Below are positions 12,805 through 26,175 of a DNA stretch of 64,000 bases, one piece after another. Every line of letters starts with the position of its first letter. Positions within the stretch are counted from its first letter, which is position 1. The DNA comes from the human T2T-CHM13v2.0 reference genome, Homo sapiens: the NCBI RefSeq assembly GCF_009914755.1, contig NC_060935.1; one strand, given 5' to 3'. The notes beneath the pieces are model-generated. The model had not been told where the DNA came from and ran no database searches. It saw only the letters and a program-made list of their open reading frames with translations. The position numbers were made by a program, and so were the translations under genes.

Positions 12805-13008
12805 AGGAAAGAAGGGAAGAAAGGAAGAAAGAAGGAAACAAGAAAAGAAAGGAAGGAAGGGAGGGAGGGGAGGGAGGAGGGAGGCAAGGAGGAAGGGAGG
12901 AAGGAAAGGGAGAAGGAAGGGAAGGAAGGAGGAAGAAAGGAGGGAGGGAAGGAGAGAGACAGAGTAAGGGGGAAGAGCGGGAAGGAGAGAGGGAAAGGAA
13001 GGGAAGAA
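12805..13008. repeat. Polypurine (GGAA/GGGA)n low-complexity tract
   Basis: About 200 nt, almost exclusively A/G; explains ORF 12733..13044. Confidence 0.93.
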
Positions 13009-13169
13009 AATATAGATTTGGCCTTTGGGCATTAATATTTGCATTCTCGGGCTCTTGTGGGATATAAGACTAACAAAGAAAAATGATACATTCCTATCTA
13101 TCTGTCATAAATGATTAGAAAATGGAATAAAAAGAGATCTCATACATAATGGAAATAATGATTGCGTAG

Positions 13170-13605
13170 TATTGTGCTGGATTTTGGGTTAGTACACAGC
13201 ACCCTTTCCTAATTCTTGTGCTCTCCAGAATGTTAGAAGGCCAGGGACTCTGATAACTGTGTTTCTCAAAACACCTGTTAGCAGGATTCATGATGAGGTG
13301 CCACTCAATGGGAGATGTACAAGAGATAGGGAAAATGTAAGAGAAGCAGCCACAGTGGCCTCAGATGCATTTTTTAGTATCATATGCCTCAGTGCTGGAA
13401 GCTGTGCTAATTGCTGGTAGTTATCTAGAGTTCTGCAATGACCCACTCTTTGAAAACTCTCAGTCATTTTAAGATTTAGCAGTGGTCTTTCCTGTCATTT
13501 GTTTCTTCAGCTTTTCTAACAGTTTAAAACAAGTTGATATCTAAATTTCTTTTTAATTAAAATACCTAAAAATTTATTTTTATTTTTCTGACCTAAACTT
13601 GATAA
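13170..13605 (+). mobile_element. Old ERVL-type LTR (LTR33-like)
   Basis: 5' tgtgctggatt and 3' aaaatacctaaaaatttattttt...ctgacctaaacttgata resemble LTR33 termini; highly diverged. Confidence 0.45.
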
Positions 13606-13699
13606 AGGAGATGCCTAAAAATAAACATACACACACACATGTGCACACACACACATTCAGACACACACACACATACACACACAAACACAAATATATATA

Positions 13700-14210
13700 T
13701 GCAAAAGCCTACTGAGATGCATAAAAATGGAGAGATATATTGTGTTTGTAGACAGGAAGACTTGATTTTCAAGAGTGTTAAGCTTCCCTCAATTGGTTTT
13801 ATTTTGGTTTAACTTCAAAAAGTTAATTTAGCAAAATTAAGACAGTGTGTTTTGGGGACAGGGTAGAGCCTTGCAGTAACCTTTGGAAGATACTAGAAAG
13901 CTCAGAGAACATTTTCTGCCTCTATGAAAACTTGATATACAAGTGATGTGATACCGAAGACCAGTGGAGAAAGAATGGACTATGCTATAAATTGTGCTAG
14001 TAAAATATATTACTCATCAAAAATTAAAATAAGATCTCTCAGAATGCCATACAATAAATAAATTAAAATAACTATAGATAGATGTAGGACTTAAAAGGCA
14101 GAACTTTAAATTTTAGAAAGAAGAAATTGGTAATAATTTAATTACCTCAACATGCAGAAAGATATTTTAGACCCACAAAAAGCAGTTAACAAAATGACAG
14201 AGGTGACTAT
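13700..14210 (+). mobile_element. Old L1M ORF2 fragments
   Basis: ggaagacttgat, aattaagacagtgtg and cagtggagaaagaatggact resemble the L1 ORF2 3' half. Confidence 0.6.
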
Positions 14211-14394
14211 AGTGGAAAATAAATGAAAAAGAAAACACAATTGTGACAAAACACCTTGGTGTCTAGACTTTTAATAACTTTCTTTTACCTGTAAAATAAT
14301 AATAAAAGAAAATATTTAGCAATCATTACTTTTACATATCTGCAGTAGATCAACTTTCCAAGTTTGCAGTTTAACATTTTAGTAAATTGCAATG

Positions 14395-14806
14395 TTGTAT
14401 TTAATTTTTTAACTCTTCCTATCTCTGCACATTCAGTGTCTGACTTTCTAGCTCTTCTCAGCAAAGGAATAAAATATACCTACTTGATTCTTGACTTTGG
14501 GTTTAGCCATGTGACCTGCTTTGAACAATTGAATTAACAAAAGGAATAGTATACCAGCTGTGAGGTCAGGCCTTAAGACACAATGCATATTTCCATGAGC
14601 CATGTTGCTCTTTTTTCACCATCAAGAGAATAATGAATAAAAAGAGAGACGTGGAATAGAGTCATCCCAGATGAAACATCCCAGCCAAACCCAGCCACAA
14701 TCAGCTGACCTTCAGCCACTCAAGATGAGTTAATGATAATAAATTACTGTTGTTTTAAAACATAAAGTTTTGGGGTGATTTGTTATATAGCAATAGCTAA
14801 CTGATA
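14395..14806 (+). mobile_element. MLT1H/I-like MaLR LTR
   Basis: ttgactttgggtttagccatgtgacctgctttg; ends aataaattactgttgttttaa...ttgttatatagcaatagctaactgata. Confidence 0.8.
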
Positions 14807-16653
14807 GAACTATTATTCACAAAATAATTTATATTCCACTAATTTTTGACAACTCATTATCCCCAAATATGCATTTTACTTTCCTTCACTAATTTCTCTG
14901 TTTATATTTTAACCCTATCTGGCATGCCCTATGCTCCAAATTATTCCACTTTTCATGTTAAAATTAAGATCAAATCCTACTATTTCCACAATGTCTCAGT
15001 CTCATATGAAATAAAAGAAACATGCTGCATAATAACTGATAGTATCAATATTTGTTCTTCTGCTTTTATTTTCTATACAATAATTTTAAAGCTTGGTATT
15101 GTATCTTATACCAATCTGTGCCCCGATAATGTCTTCCACATAGTGCATTTTAAACTAATATTTGAAGAATAAATTACATAAGTAACAGTTGATATGGCTG
15201 ATAGTCACGGTTACAAAGACAGTTTTTTTTATCATATACATACGCCTGTTTTATTTACAAATTATTTCTCCAGATTGAAGTTTTTCTCTTACTCTATTAT
15301 GGTGTACAACAATTAAGGGAAAGAGAGAGTTAAAATGTAAATAAGGAGAATTGGCAACCACGCCTCTACAAATGTTAGGTCATCTTCAAGTGATGATCTA
15401 TTATCATCAGTGACAAGATGTCAAAATTAGGAAGCAGAAAACCCCTGCAGCTAATGTATGGTAAATTAACTAATTAGTCTATTAGTATCCAAGATCACAC
15501 TGTAAATGGTTTCCAAGTGTCAGTATTTACCTTACTAAATTTTAAGAGGCGATAGCCAGAGGTTCAAATATTGGAATGTTATTTCATGAATGATATAATT
15601 CACTTAGCGCAACCGTATTTCTTTTTCCTTTGTAAATAAAGTTAAAATATCCATACTTTCATGCATCGTAATTTAGAAGCCGCTACCTATATATGCTTTT
15701 TAGTGATAATTTCATGTGTGAAAAAGCATAATAAATTGTCCAAAAAACTTCCCGGGTAGCTTTTAAATTGCACATTGTGGCACAAGATCAGTGTTTAGTC
15801 AAATCTATTCTATTACCATGATTGCAAATGTCATTTGTAAAAAGTTTTATGCTTTTATTTTAATGCTACATTTGGCAAGCTGGTATGTTTACTATTCAAA
15901 CAATTTTTTCTTACCTAATTTTCTTCTGATATGTTGAAAATGGGAAAAAAAGAAACACATTTTTGGATCACCTGTGATTTAGGTGACTTTTGGGGCTACA
16001 CTTACACATACAATAAAACAGATAGGTTTCAGGGAAATTAGCTTAAAAATTGTAGTTGCTTATACTTATAAATTCTCATGCATTCTTTTTGCTTTATAGA
16101 ATGGGGAAAATCTGCAAGACTTAGCATGACCACCACTTCATAGACTTAATCTACAAACAATATCCATATTTTACTGAATATTTCCTACTATCGCTATGCT
16201 TCCCAAATAGATTGATTACTTAAAATAATAAAACATTTTATAATTACTTTCTGAAAATAACTTTTAATAATGTATTAATAATGTATTTGATACTAAGCTA
16301 GCATGTGGAATAGAAAATATATTTCAAATCTCTGAGATTTTATTTGGGGTTAAAAGGAAGGTGAAAATTTTCTGTTGTGTCTATATGTCACTATAGGAAA
16401 TCATATTCTAAGATTTCAATGATGCATGGCAGTGGAAATAACAGAGATGAATACAATAGACTTTCCCATAGACTGAGTTTTCCAGGTCATTTAACTCTCT
16501 CTAGTGTCTTCAAAACTCTCCAACAGAGTTAATGATAACGGATTGTCATATTATTGTCCTCATGGTGACCTGCTTGGGTAGAAGATAAAAAATGCTATAC
16601 TCTCAAAGCTATGGGTAAAAATATAGTGATTATCAACTCATCAACTTTCTCTT

Positions 16654-16684
<31 letters not shown>

Positions 16685-17079
16685 GTGCATTGTATCCTTT
16701 TATTAAAAATATAAATTATCAAGAATGAAATCAAGAGCTGAAAATTAAACAAAAACCAAAACTAAAAAGGCCAGCACATACACGCCTTGAGTGATAAAAA
16801 TCCTGTCCTTTGCTCTTAAAACATCTCAGACTCTCACAAATACACAGGCATCTTTGAAAGCAATTCAAACAAATTTTATTGTCTGGCTTCACAATTCATG
16901 ACAGGGTAAAAATAGAATGTGAGAAGATAGATGGGCCTCTAGAAATACACACAGGACTATTCAATGAATTGAGAATTGACAGCCCCATAGTAGCAGCTAA
17001 GGAAACTGTAAGCATATTAAATAATTCTACTTGCAAAGAAACTTTGAAATAGTTCATAAAGTAGCCAACAGGTGGGAGG

Positions 17080-17200
17080 ATGTGGTGATGGATGTGATAC
17101 TTATCTTAATTTGATCATTATACAATACACAGGTGTATTGAAATAATAGTTACCCATAAATACGTATAATTATGATGTGTCATTTTAAAACAAAATAAAA
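17080..17200 (+). mobile_element. L1MA-type 3' end fragment
   Basis: ggtgatggatgt...ttgatcattatacaat...acccataaatacgtataattat followed by an A-rich tail. Confidence 0.65.
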
Positions 17201-17290
17201 CTTTACATACACACACAGACACACATACACACATACAGTATTGGACTGAGCCACTTCCTAAGCAATATTAGTATATTGTTAATTAAGTTT

Positions 17291-17540
17291 GTACTATCCA
17301 ATAAAGATAGCTACTAGCCACATGTGGCTATTGAATCCTTGTAATGGGGCTAGTTTGAATTAAGGTGTGTTGTGAAAATAAAGTACAACACAAGTTTCCA
17401 AGACACAGTATGAAAAAAATGTAAAATATTTTATTAATAATTATCATTTCATGTAGAAATTATAATATTTTAGATATATTGGGTTAACAAAATATATTTT
17501 TTAAAATAATTCTTTTTTCTTTTTAATTGTTACTATTATT
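17291..17540. mobile_element. MER33/MER3-like hAT-Charlie DNA transposon relic
   Basis: ctatccaata...gctactagccacatgtggctattga...ataatattttagatatattgggttaa. Confidence 0.75.
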
Positions 17541-18121
17541 TTCTTTTTAATAAAACATGAAATATAGTTCTAATACACATTGTTTCTGTATTGCCTGATT
17601 TGAGTAGGAGTTATTTGACTTTCTGGCCCTCAACCTAACTATCAGCAAAGCCAAATAGACATGCTTGAAACAATAATGGACATTCAGTGTATTCCTCAGC
17701 AATACTTCCTCTGGAAGTCGTATTCACTGGCACCAGAGCTGTTTCAACCACTGCTTCTAGGCCAAATTGGAAAACCTATAATAACAGCAATAGCAAATAT
17801 TCAGCATTTGTTTGTGAAGTGTCAGAAGCTGTTCTATGATTGATTCTCACAGCAACTTACTAGTTCAAGCTTATTAATATCTCTAGGAATTTAAAGCAGT
17901 GAGATCAAGAAGTAACTAATTGAGGGAGTTTCAAACCTCTGCAATCTTGTTCTAAAGTCTCTGTTTTTTAGCCACATCTCTCTTCTGCCATACAGAAGTC
18001 TTCAATCTTTTAATCCTGCTTATGAAAACATAAGTTCTCTGGAGTCATGTTACCTATATGGTGCCCATGCTAAAAATTCTAGACATTTTTTATAATAAAA
18101 TTGCCAGACTGTTTTTGGAAG

Positions 18122-18627
18122 TTGCTTTAGTCTGGATTTCCTTTAGGCATACAATGAAAATAGTTTAACAGGAGGTGACCTGAGGAAGCAAGCAGAAGTG
18201 AGAGGGTAGGGAAAACAAGACCGAGAATGGAGAAAAGTCGAGAAAGGACATAATAATGAGCAGGTCCACACATGCAAGTATATGGAGCTTCATCTTGCTC
18301 CAGCTTCTTGTATATCTTCCCTCTGAGGTTTCATACAAAACATACCTCAGAATTCTCACAATGATAGATGGAAAGCTGGGGTAAATATGTCCCTAATTAG
18401 GCTCATGGGTGAGGGTTGACTTTAGGGCTGTTAACACTCAGATTCCTTTCAAGCTGCCCTGTACTTGGTTGAACAAGCCTCCGTGGTGCTAGAGAAAATC
18501 TTGAGGCAGAGAAGCAGGATGAGACTCGGACCCTCGAGATGAGACAATGAGTACAGGAACAGTCCTCTATGCCTGCAGGTGGACTGATTCACCATTGTGG
18601 ACTGGGGCATTAACAGCATCTGCTACT
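18122..18627 (-). mobile_element. LTR16-family (ERVL) LTR
   Basis: tagtttaacaggaggtgacctgaggaagca... and terminal gggcattaacagcatctgctac match a reversed LTR16. Confidence 0.65.
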
Positions 18628-19242
18628 GAAGTGTAATTAAAATATAGTCAGATTCCCTGGAAACACAGAGAATCCTACAAGATTCTGTTTGAGCCTTCTT
18701 CAGCCTAACCTTATTCTTGGATAAAAAAAAAAACTTTTTGTTTTTAGATTGCTGATTTAGCCTTTAATTTATCGGAGGGGTATGTTTGTACACAGTAGTA
18801 AATTCAATAAATGTCAACTACATTATTTTAACTAGTCCCTCTAACACTAGGAAAGTTCAGTCAAAAATATCAATCAAATTAGCTATTAGGTATGAAATTG
18901 TCAAATTGGTTAAGAGAATGTTTCACTTTTTTGTGTGATGAGCTTATAGCTTGGATAAACAACCTAAGGGTATAATTTGTGCACTCTGAGTTGCTTGAAT
19001 GGCATGGCCTCAAACGGGTATGCCACGCAGGAAATAATCTGTTGTGGAATTCCTTAAATAACATTTATTTTACTATTTGTCTTATATTTCTAATACTATT
19101 ACTGTGAAATAGTAATTCTGTGTAATTCACAGTAATAGTATTACTGTAAAATAGAAATATTATTGTGAAATAAAAGTGACTTTTTTTCTATTTATTCCAC
19201 AATTTTCTTAATGTCTTATAAACTAGACAAGAATAAGAAATA

Positions 19243-19659
<417 letters not shown>

Positions 19660-19923
19660 CTAAAGAAATTTAACAAGAATTTTGAAGTCACATAAGGACA
19701 CATACAGAGTATTTCTTCATGCCTTTTGAAGCTAGAAGGGGAATCAGTGTATTTCTTAATAATTTTTCTCTATATCTTGTCAGAGAAGGGACAGTCCGTT
19801 CAATTTTTTCCTAATATTAAGGTGTATGTGAAATGAAGATAAGCATAATCTTAGAAGAGACTTTTGAAAAACATGTTGTAGCTGTGGAATTTAAGTTAAT
19901 TTATAAATATTACAGTTAAATAG

Positions 19924-20413
19924 TGCAGAGACCAGCTCGGTCGGGGAGACCCTAACCCAGCAGCGCTAGAGGAATTAAAGACACACACACAGAAAGATAG
20001 AGGTGTGAAGTGGAAATCAGGGATCTCACAGCCTTCAGAGCTGAGAGCCCGGAACAGACATTTACCCACGTATTTATTAACAGCAAACCAGTCATTAGCA
20101 TTGTTTCTATAGATACTAAATTAACTAAAAGTATCCCTTAAGGGAAACGAAGGGATAGGCCGAATTAATTGCAGCAGGAACACGCCCTTAAGACACAGAT
20201 TGCTCATACGTTTGTTTGCGGCTTAAGAATGACTTTAGGTGGTTTTCTGCCCTGGACGGACCAGGTGTTCCTTGCCCTCATTCCCGTAAACCCACAACCT
20301 TCCAGCTTGGGTGTTATGGCGATTATGGACATGTTACATTGCTGCAGAGATTTTATTTATGGCCAGTCTTGGGGCCAGTTTATGGCTGGATTTTGGGGGG
20401 CTTGCTCCCAACA
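19924..20413 (-). mobile_element. MER9 solo LTR (HERV-K9/HML-3)
   Basis: Reverse strand begins TGTTGGGAGCAAGCCCCCCAAAATCCAGCCATAAACTGGCCCC; TG...CA termini; perfect 6-bp TSD AAATAG at 19918-19923 and 20414-20419. Confidence 0.92.
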
Positions 20414-21597
20414 AAATAGTAAGTTACATATTTTTCCGGGACTATCTATTATTTTCCACTTGAGGCTATTCAAAGAAAAAAATGTATAAGAAGTCTTTTT
20501 TTGGAATATTGAAAGTATAATGTCAGTAGTTATTTCTATGTTCTATAAAAGTTTAAAAAATCAAAGCAGAATAAATCTGTACTAAATGTTGTTTTCTTTA
20601 CTATTGAAATGACTACTATCACATTAAAATTGGAAAAATTATTCAACTATAGGATATTTCAGAGTATTATATGCCATATTACATGCTTTAGTTTAAATTC
20701 ATAAACTTATTTGTAAAAATTAAATTGCTGTAAAATAGAAAATTAATTTTTCTATATATGTCTTTTGGAAGTGGTTCCTTCCATTTACATTAGCATTATA
20801 AGTAGGTGTTAATTTTATACTGTTATGAACACAAAGCATCTTTAAATATGCAACACAATGAAATATCTGCTATTTCATTCAATAATATCTACTCATTTAA
20901 AAATGTTTGACTTACTTATCTTTCCACCCAGCCTGGTCAAACAGCTCTATACTTGAGTCTCATTCTTTTTCTTTCATAAAACTGCTTTTATTGAATTGCA
21001 TTTTGGTCTTTGCTATTTATTTTTATTGAGGGGCATAATAAGATTCAGTAATACTCAAATCACAAGAATGAGTAGGGCATGGTGTCCACCATGTCTGACA
21101 GGGTTCCATTAGGGGGTTGGAACAGAATGAGGGGTGGAGAATGTCTCTTTTTTCTTACGGCAGAGAACAGTTGTTCGTTTTGGGGATAACTTTTTTTGTT
21201 GCTGTTTAATTTTATTTTGTTGCTATTTTTAACATTCAGTGAGAACCAGGGTGTGTATTTATTTTAATCTCCCTGATTCTGTAAAATAATGTCATTTATA
21301 GTATTTCATTCTGCTTTGGCTGATGTGAGGCTTAAAATCAAATTAAAGCCAAAATGGGAGCCAAGAAACTGTACTAGGTTTTATGATGTCTTCCATTTTC
21401 TTTTCTTATTGGTATTTTCTCTATTTGTATATGCTCATTTATTTTATTTGCTTATTTTGTTTATATTTATGTAAATTGTGTCAACTTTAGTTATAAAATG
21501 TGTTAAATAAATAATCTAGGAAAATCATTATAACATCTTTTTTCTAATTTTCTAAGAGTTTTGTTGGTGCTTAATCAATTTTATGTATTTTGTTCAT

Positions 21598-21675
21598 TCA
21601 CAGATATATATATATATATATATATATCTGTGATATATATGTGTGTGTTTGTGTGTGTGTGTATATATATATATA
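21598..21675. repeat. (AT)n/(GT)n microsatellite cluster including a 36-bp perfect palindrome
   Basis: tcacag(AT)12ctgtga at 21598-21633, followed by (GT)n and (TA)n. Confidence 0.9.
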
Positions 21676-21742
21676 CATAGTGTCCATTATGAGTGAACTA
21701 GAAATATAGCCATGAATCATTTTATTAGTCCTTATCCCTATA

Positions 21743-21893
21743 GATAAATGCTGAGGGGATGGATACCCCATCTCTATGATGTGCCTATTTCACATTGCAT
21801 GCCTATATTACAACATCTTATGTACTCCATAAATGTATACACCTACTATGTACCTACAAAAATTAAAAATGAAAACATTAAAATAAAAAAAAA
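21743..21893 (+). mobile_element. L1MA-type 3' end inserted into an L2
   Basis: ataaatgctgaggggatggatacccc...ccataaatgtatacacctactatgtacc followed by an A-rich tail. Confidence 0.8.
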
Positions 21894-22183
21894 CTTTATC
21901 CTTTTGAAATTCACTTTCTAGTATGAAAATAAAGGTATTAAATTAATGAATAAATTAAAATGTAAAATATTTTTAAGTGATGAATGTCTTGGCAGAAATA
22001 AATCTCAGTTAAAGGGATAGAGAATGTTATGGTTGGGTGGTTTTTTGCTTTCGTTTTTCTGGGAGATTCTGGAAGACCTTTTTGCTAAGCCAATGTTTGC
22101 TCTGAGGCATAAAGAATGTAAGGGTGCCAGTCATGTGGATTTTTTGGTGACAGAAGGGACATCAGGTGAAAATGTCCTGAAGT

Positions 22184-22483
<300 letters not shown>

Positions 22484-22489
22484 AAAATG

Positions 22490-23420
22490 CCCTGAAGCAA
22501 GAATGTATTTGATTGGACTAGAGAAGAGTGAGTGAGATGGAGAGTGAAAAAAGTGAGATAAGAGAGCTGGTAGGATAAAACCAAAATCATTTTTTAGAAA
22601 AAAAAAATACATCAGTGTGAGATATTGTGTGGACTTTGGTTTTCACCCTCCGTAAGGGTATATATAGCAAGCTGGTGGAGAGTTTTGAATTGAGCAATGT
22701 CGTGATTTAATTTACATTTTAAGCAATTATTGATGGATTAGATATGACATGTAAGAAAAGGGAAAGCATAAAGGACGATCCCAGTATTTTGTTCCTTAGG
22801 AACTAGAGGGTGGGAGTTCCCTAGACAACTAGAAACAAGATTCTTCTTGTTGAGATTGGGCAAGTGTCAGAGAAAGCAGTTTGGGATGGGAAGATTAAGG
22901 AGATCATTTCCAGACAGGTGTGGGGTGCGTATTTGATATACTAGCAAAGATGTAAAATAGTTAGCAGGACATATAAATTTGGAGTATAAGGAAGCTGAGT
23001 TGTCTGGAGATATAAAATTGAAAGTCTGCACTGGTGTGTCTGGCAATACTCCAAAAGAAGACAGGAAAAGTAAGGATTATAGGGACCAAAACATAGATTA
23101 CAGAGATGTGGATAATTAGGGGGGAAAAAAAAGCCTGAGAAGGAGCAGCTACAGAAATTGAAAGAACAAGTGAAGAATGGTGATGTAGATTATAAAGATT
23201 TAAGGAGGAAATGAAAAGCCATGACAAAAGCTGCTATTGGTTAGATAAGAAGTTAGGAGTGACTTTTTATTTGTTTTGGTGTTACTGTTACTTGCTAAGA
23301 GCTTTTGCAATGGCGTAGAAGTTATGGTTGAACTGAAAGCCTGGTCTGAGTGCCTTTGAGATCAAACGGTAGGAGAAAAAGCAAAGAAAGCAAGTACAGA
23401 TAGATTTTTCTCTAAAGCAA
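22490..23420 (-). mobile_element. L2 fragments
   Basis: Purine-rich antisense-L2 motifs (ggactttggttttcaccc, gagttttgaattgagcaatg, ggagatataaaattgaaagtc). Confidence 0.55.
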
Positions 23421-24139
23421 CAATTACTAATAGAAACAATCATAAAAATAATTCTATAAAATAATTTAATGAAAGTAATTAATTGCAAAAGCTATGGTAT
23501 TACAATTACATAAATCTACATTAAACATATTCATGACCACAAAATATAATTCCATTGATTTTCTTAGAAATTATATTTTCAGGCTGCTAACTGTCAATAT
23601 TTTGGATAAACTTTTCTGCTTGATTCTGCTGCTTCTCTAATCTCCCCCATTTTGAACTGCCTGGTTAAACAGTAATTCATTAAAGGTCATACTTTGGGTG
23701 ACCGAAATACTTGATATCTTATAAAGCATTTGCTGGCAAATTTTATTATTATGTTTGCATCTCATACCTTTTGTAAATTAGATAAAAGCCTAACAAGAGA
23801 TGAAACAAGAATTCAATACCATCTTGTAACTGGAAGAGAGGCTTCTCTATGAAAGTATGTTTATTCTAATGAATAATCATAGCAAACTGAAATAATTTAA
23901 CTTCTAATATTACAATAAATAAAACATTGAATATTTATTTAAAATAGATGTAAATATGTATTACAAACAAAATACAAGTTTCCCTAAATGAAATATTTGG
24001 AATTTGTTTTCAGACTAACCACATGTGAATACAAATAGTTTACATATATAATCTCATTTTATATTATTTCAATAATTTCATAGTATGCCTTTTTGAAGCA
24101 TTAAAACTTAGAGGTAGTCTGCAAGTATGAAATTATATG

Positions 24140-24290
24140 GAATTTGTCATCAGGAAGCATGAGTTTGAATCCCAATTCTAGTAATTCAAACTGCATGATT
24201 TGGAGCAAACCTTCATTTTCTCAGGTTCTTCACCTGTAAAATTGGAATAATCAGAATATTTACCAAACTGGATCACTGTGGAATTCAGTG
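24140..24290 (+). mobile_element. MIR
   Basis: Core motifs gagtttgaatcccaattct...ctcaggttcttcacctgtaaaattggaataat. Confidence 0.65.
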
Positions 24291-25137
24291 GAATGTGCTA
24301 TGGTCAGTAAGTCACATGTCTTGTACTCTTTGTGGAAGGGGAAGTATGTTATCTACAAACAACAAAAAGAGGAAAAGAAAAGAAAAAGGACAAACTTAAA
24401 GCTTATATTTAACCTTACAAGAACGTTTTTTACTTGAAGGTCATTAATCAGTCTCTGTTAAGTTATTGAGGAGACAAAATTCCAGTGATAGAAACCTTCA
24501 TGAACAGGCCTTGAGTCCAGTTTCTTGAATTTGCAATTCAAGAAAAATTAAATGACAAACCACGGCTGAAGAAAAGTACTGTGAGAGAACAAAAATAGTA
24601 AAGAAAACACTGATGTAATTAGCATCCAAGGAGGAATCACTACAATAATCCAGATTTGAATTCTAATAATAAAAGTTATGATTTAAACTTGATTCAAGAG
24701 CATCTTGGCCTGCTTAATAAAATAATAAGCTATCTAACATATCTAGTAATAAATCAGTGTTTATTTGTCATGCTGATCTTTTCCATATTTAAAAATAGTG
24801 TTAGTCTCAGAAAGATATGGAAAAAATAGTCTTAAATATCAGAAGCAAACATTTTACTTGCTATTTGTAAATAAGATTTTACAGACTTTAAAATATTTTA
24901 AAATTTACAATCTAGTGTGTGTAATTTGACTCATTGCCACAAACTATTTCTCATAACTTGATTCAGAGACAACTGTGTGAGGAGAGGGATATATATGGGA
25001 AACCTGAATCAATGCTACAATGATAAACGCCAAGGCTTTTACCTATAACATAAAACAAAGTAGGACAATCATTTTAAAAATTATTTATTTTTTTATAAAA
25101 TTTGAAATGGTGTCATTTTATTATTTAAGAAGCAGGC

Positions 25138-25430
25138 AAACAGGCGTAGTGACTCATGCCCGTAATCCCAACACTTTGGGAGGCCGAGGTTGGTGGATCA
25201 CTTGAGTCCAGGAGTTCAAAATCAGCCAGGGCAACATGGCGAAACCCCGTTATCTCAAAAAAAAAAAAAAAAAAAAAGCAGGGCGTGGTGACACGTGCCT
25301 GTGATCCCAGCTAAGCAGCTAAGGTGGGCAGGATCCCAGGAGATGGAGGTTGTGGTGATAGTACCACTGCACTCCAGCTTGGGCAACAGAGGGAAAGCTT
25401 ATCTGAAAAAAGAAAGAAAGAAAGAAAGAA
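25138..25430 (+). mobile_element. AluJ, diverged
   Basis: ggatcacttgagtccaggagttc, gggcaacatggcgaaacccc, expanded middle A run, (GAAA)n tail. Confidence 0.9.
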
Positions 25431-25699
25431 AGCAGATGGATATTAGTGCCCAAATTCAAGTGTTATTATACTGTTTATTTTTAGGACTATAAAAAAATCT
25501 TTGGATACAATTAATTAGAACCAGACAAACTTAAGGTGTTGTTCTAGCTGAGATATTAGTAATATTACTGAGTCTGTGTAGAAAATAACTTCAATGATGG
25601 TCATTTGTCATCAGATTAAAAAAAACTGAGATATACAAAACAAAAAACAAAACAAAACAAAACAAAAGACAAAATTTTGTAAAGTGGAAAGGGAGCATT

Positions 25700-26175
25700 A
25701 GATTGCTATCATTCAATAGTTGTGAAGCTTGGATCCAGAATAGAGGATGCTGCAGTGTCATTGTGCTCTTTTCTTGTCAGGCCTCATCTGGAAGAGAGGC
25801 AATAGCAAGCTGCAGGTGGCTGGAAAGAGAGGAGGGATGACGAATCTTTATCACCTGGGAAATGATGAAAGAAATTGAGGATGTGTACTCTGGAAAGCAG
25901 TAGATTTAGACAGACACAATATGTATGTTCTCAGATGTTTAAAAGTACTGTCATGTGGAAGATGGATTAGAATAGGTATGTGTTGCTCCAAAGAATAGCC
26001 TGTGGACCAAGACTAGCTGTCAGAAAGGTATTTCAGCTCAGCATGATAAAAAGGTTTCTGACTCTGAATTACATAGTGTTAGTGAGTGCTTCATTATAAG
26101 ACGTATCCTGTTCTGAAAAAGTAGACTAGGTATGATATCCAAGGTCACTTCTGACACTAAGAAATCTTTGATTTT
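25700..26175 (+). mobile_element. CR1/L3 LINE 3' fragment
   Basis: gtcaggcctcatctgga, ctgtcatgtggaagatggattaga, atttcagctcagcat, and 3' end gactag...aaggtcacttctgacactaaga. Confidence 0.7.

Noticed and set aside
12733-13044. 103-aa Pro/Leu/Phe/Ser-rich ORF
   Set aside because: Artefact of the polypurine low-complexity tract
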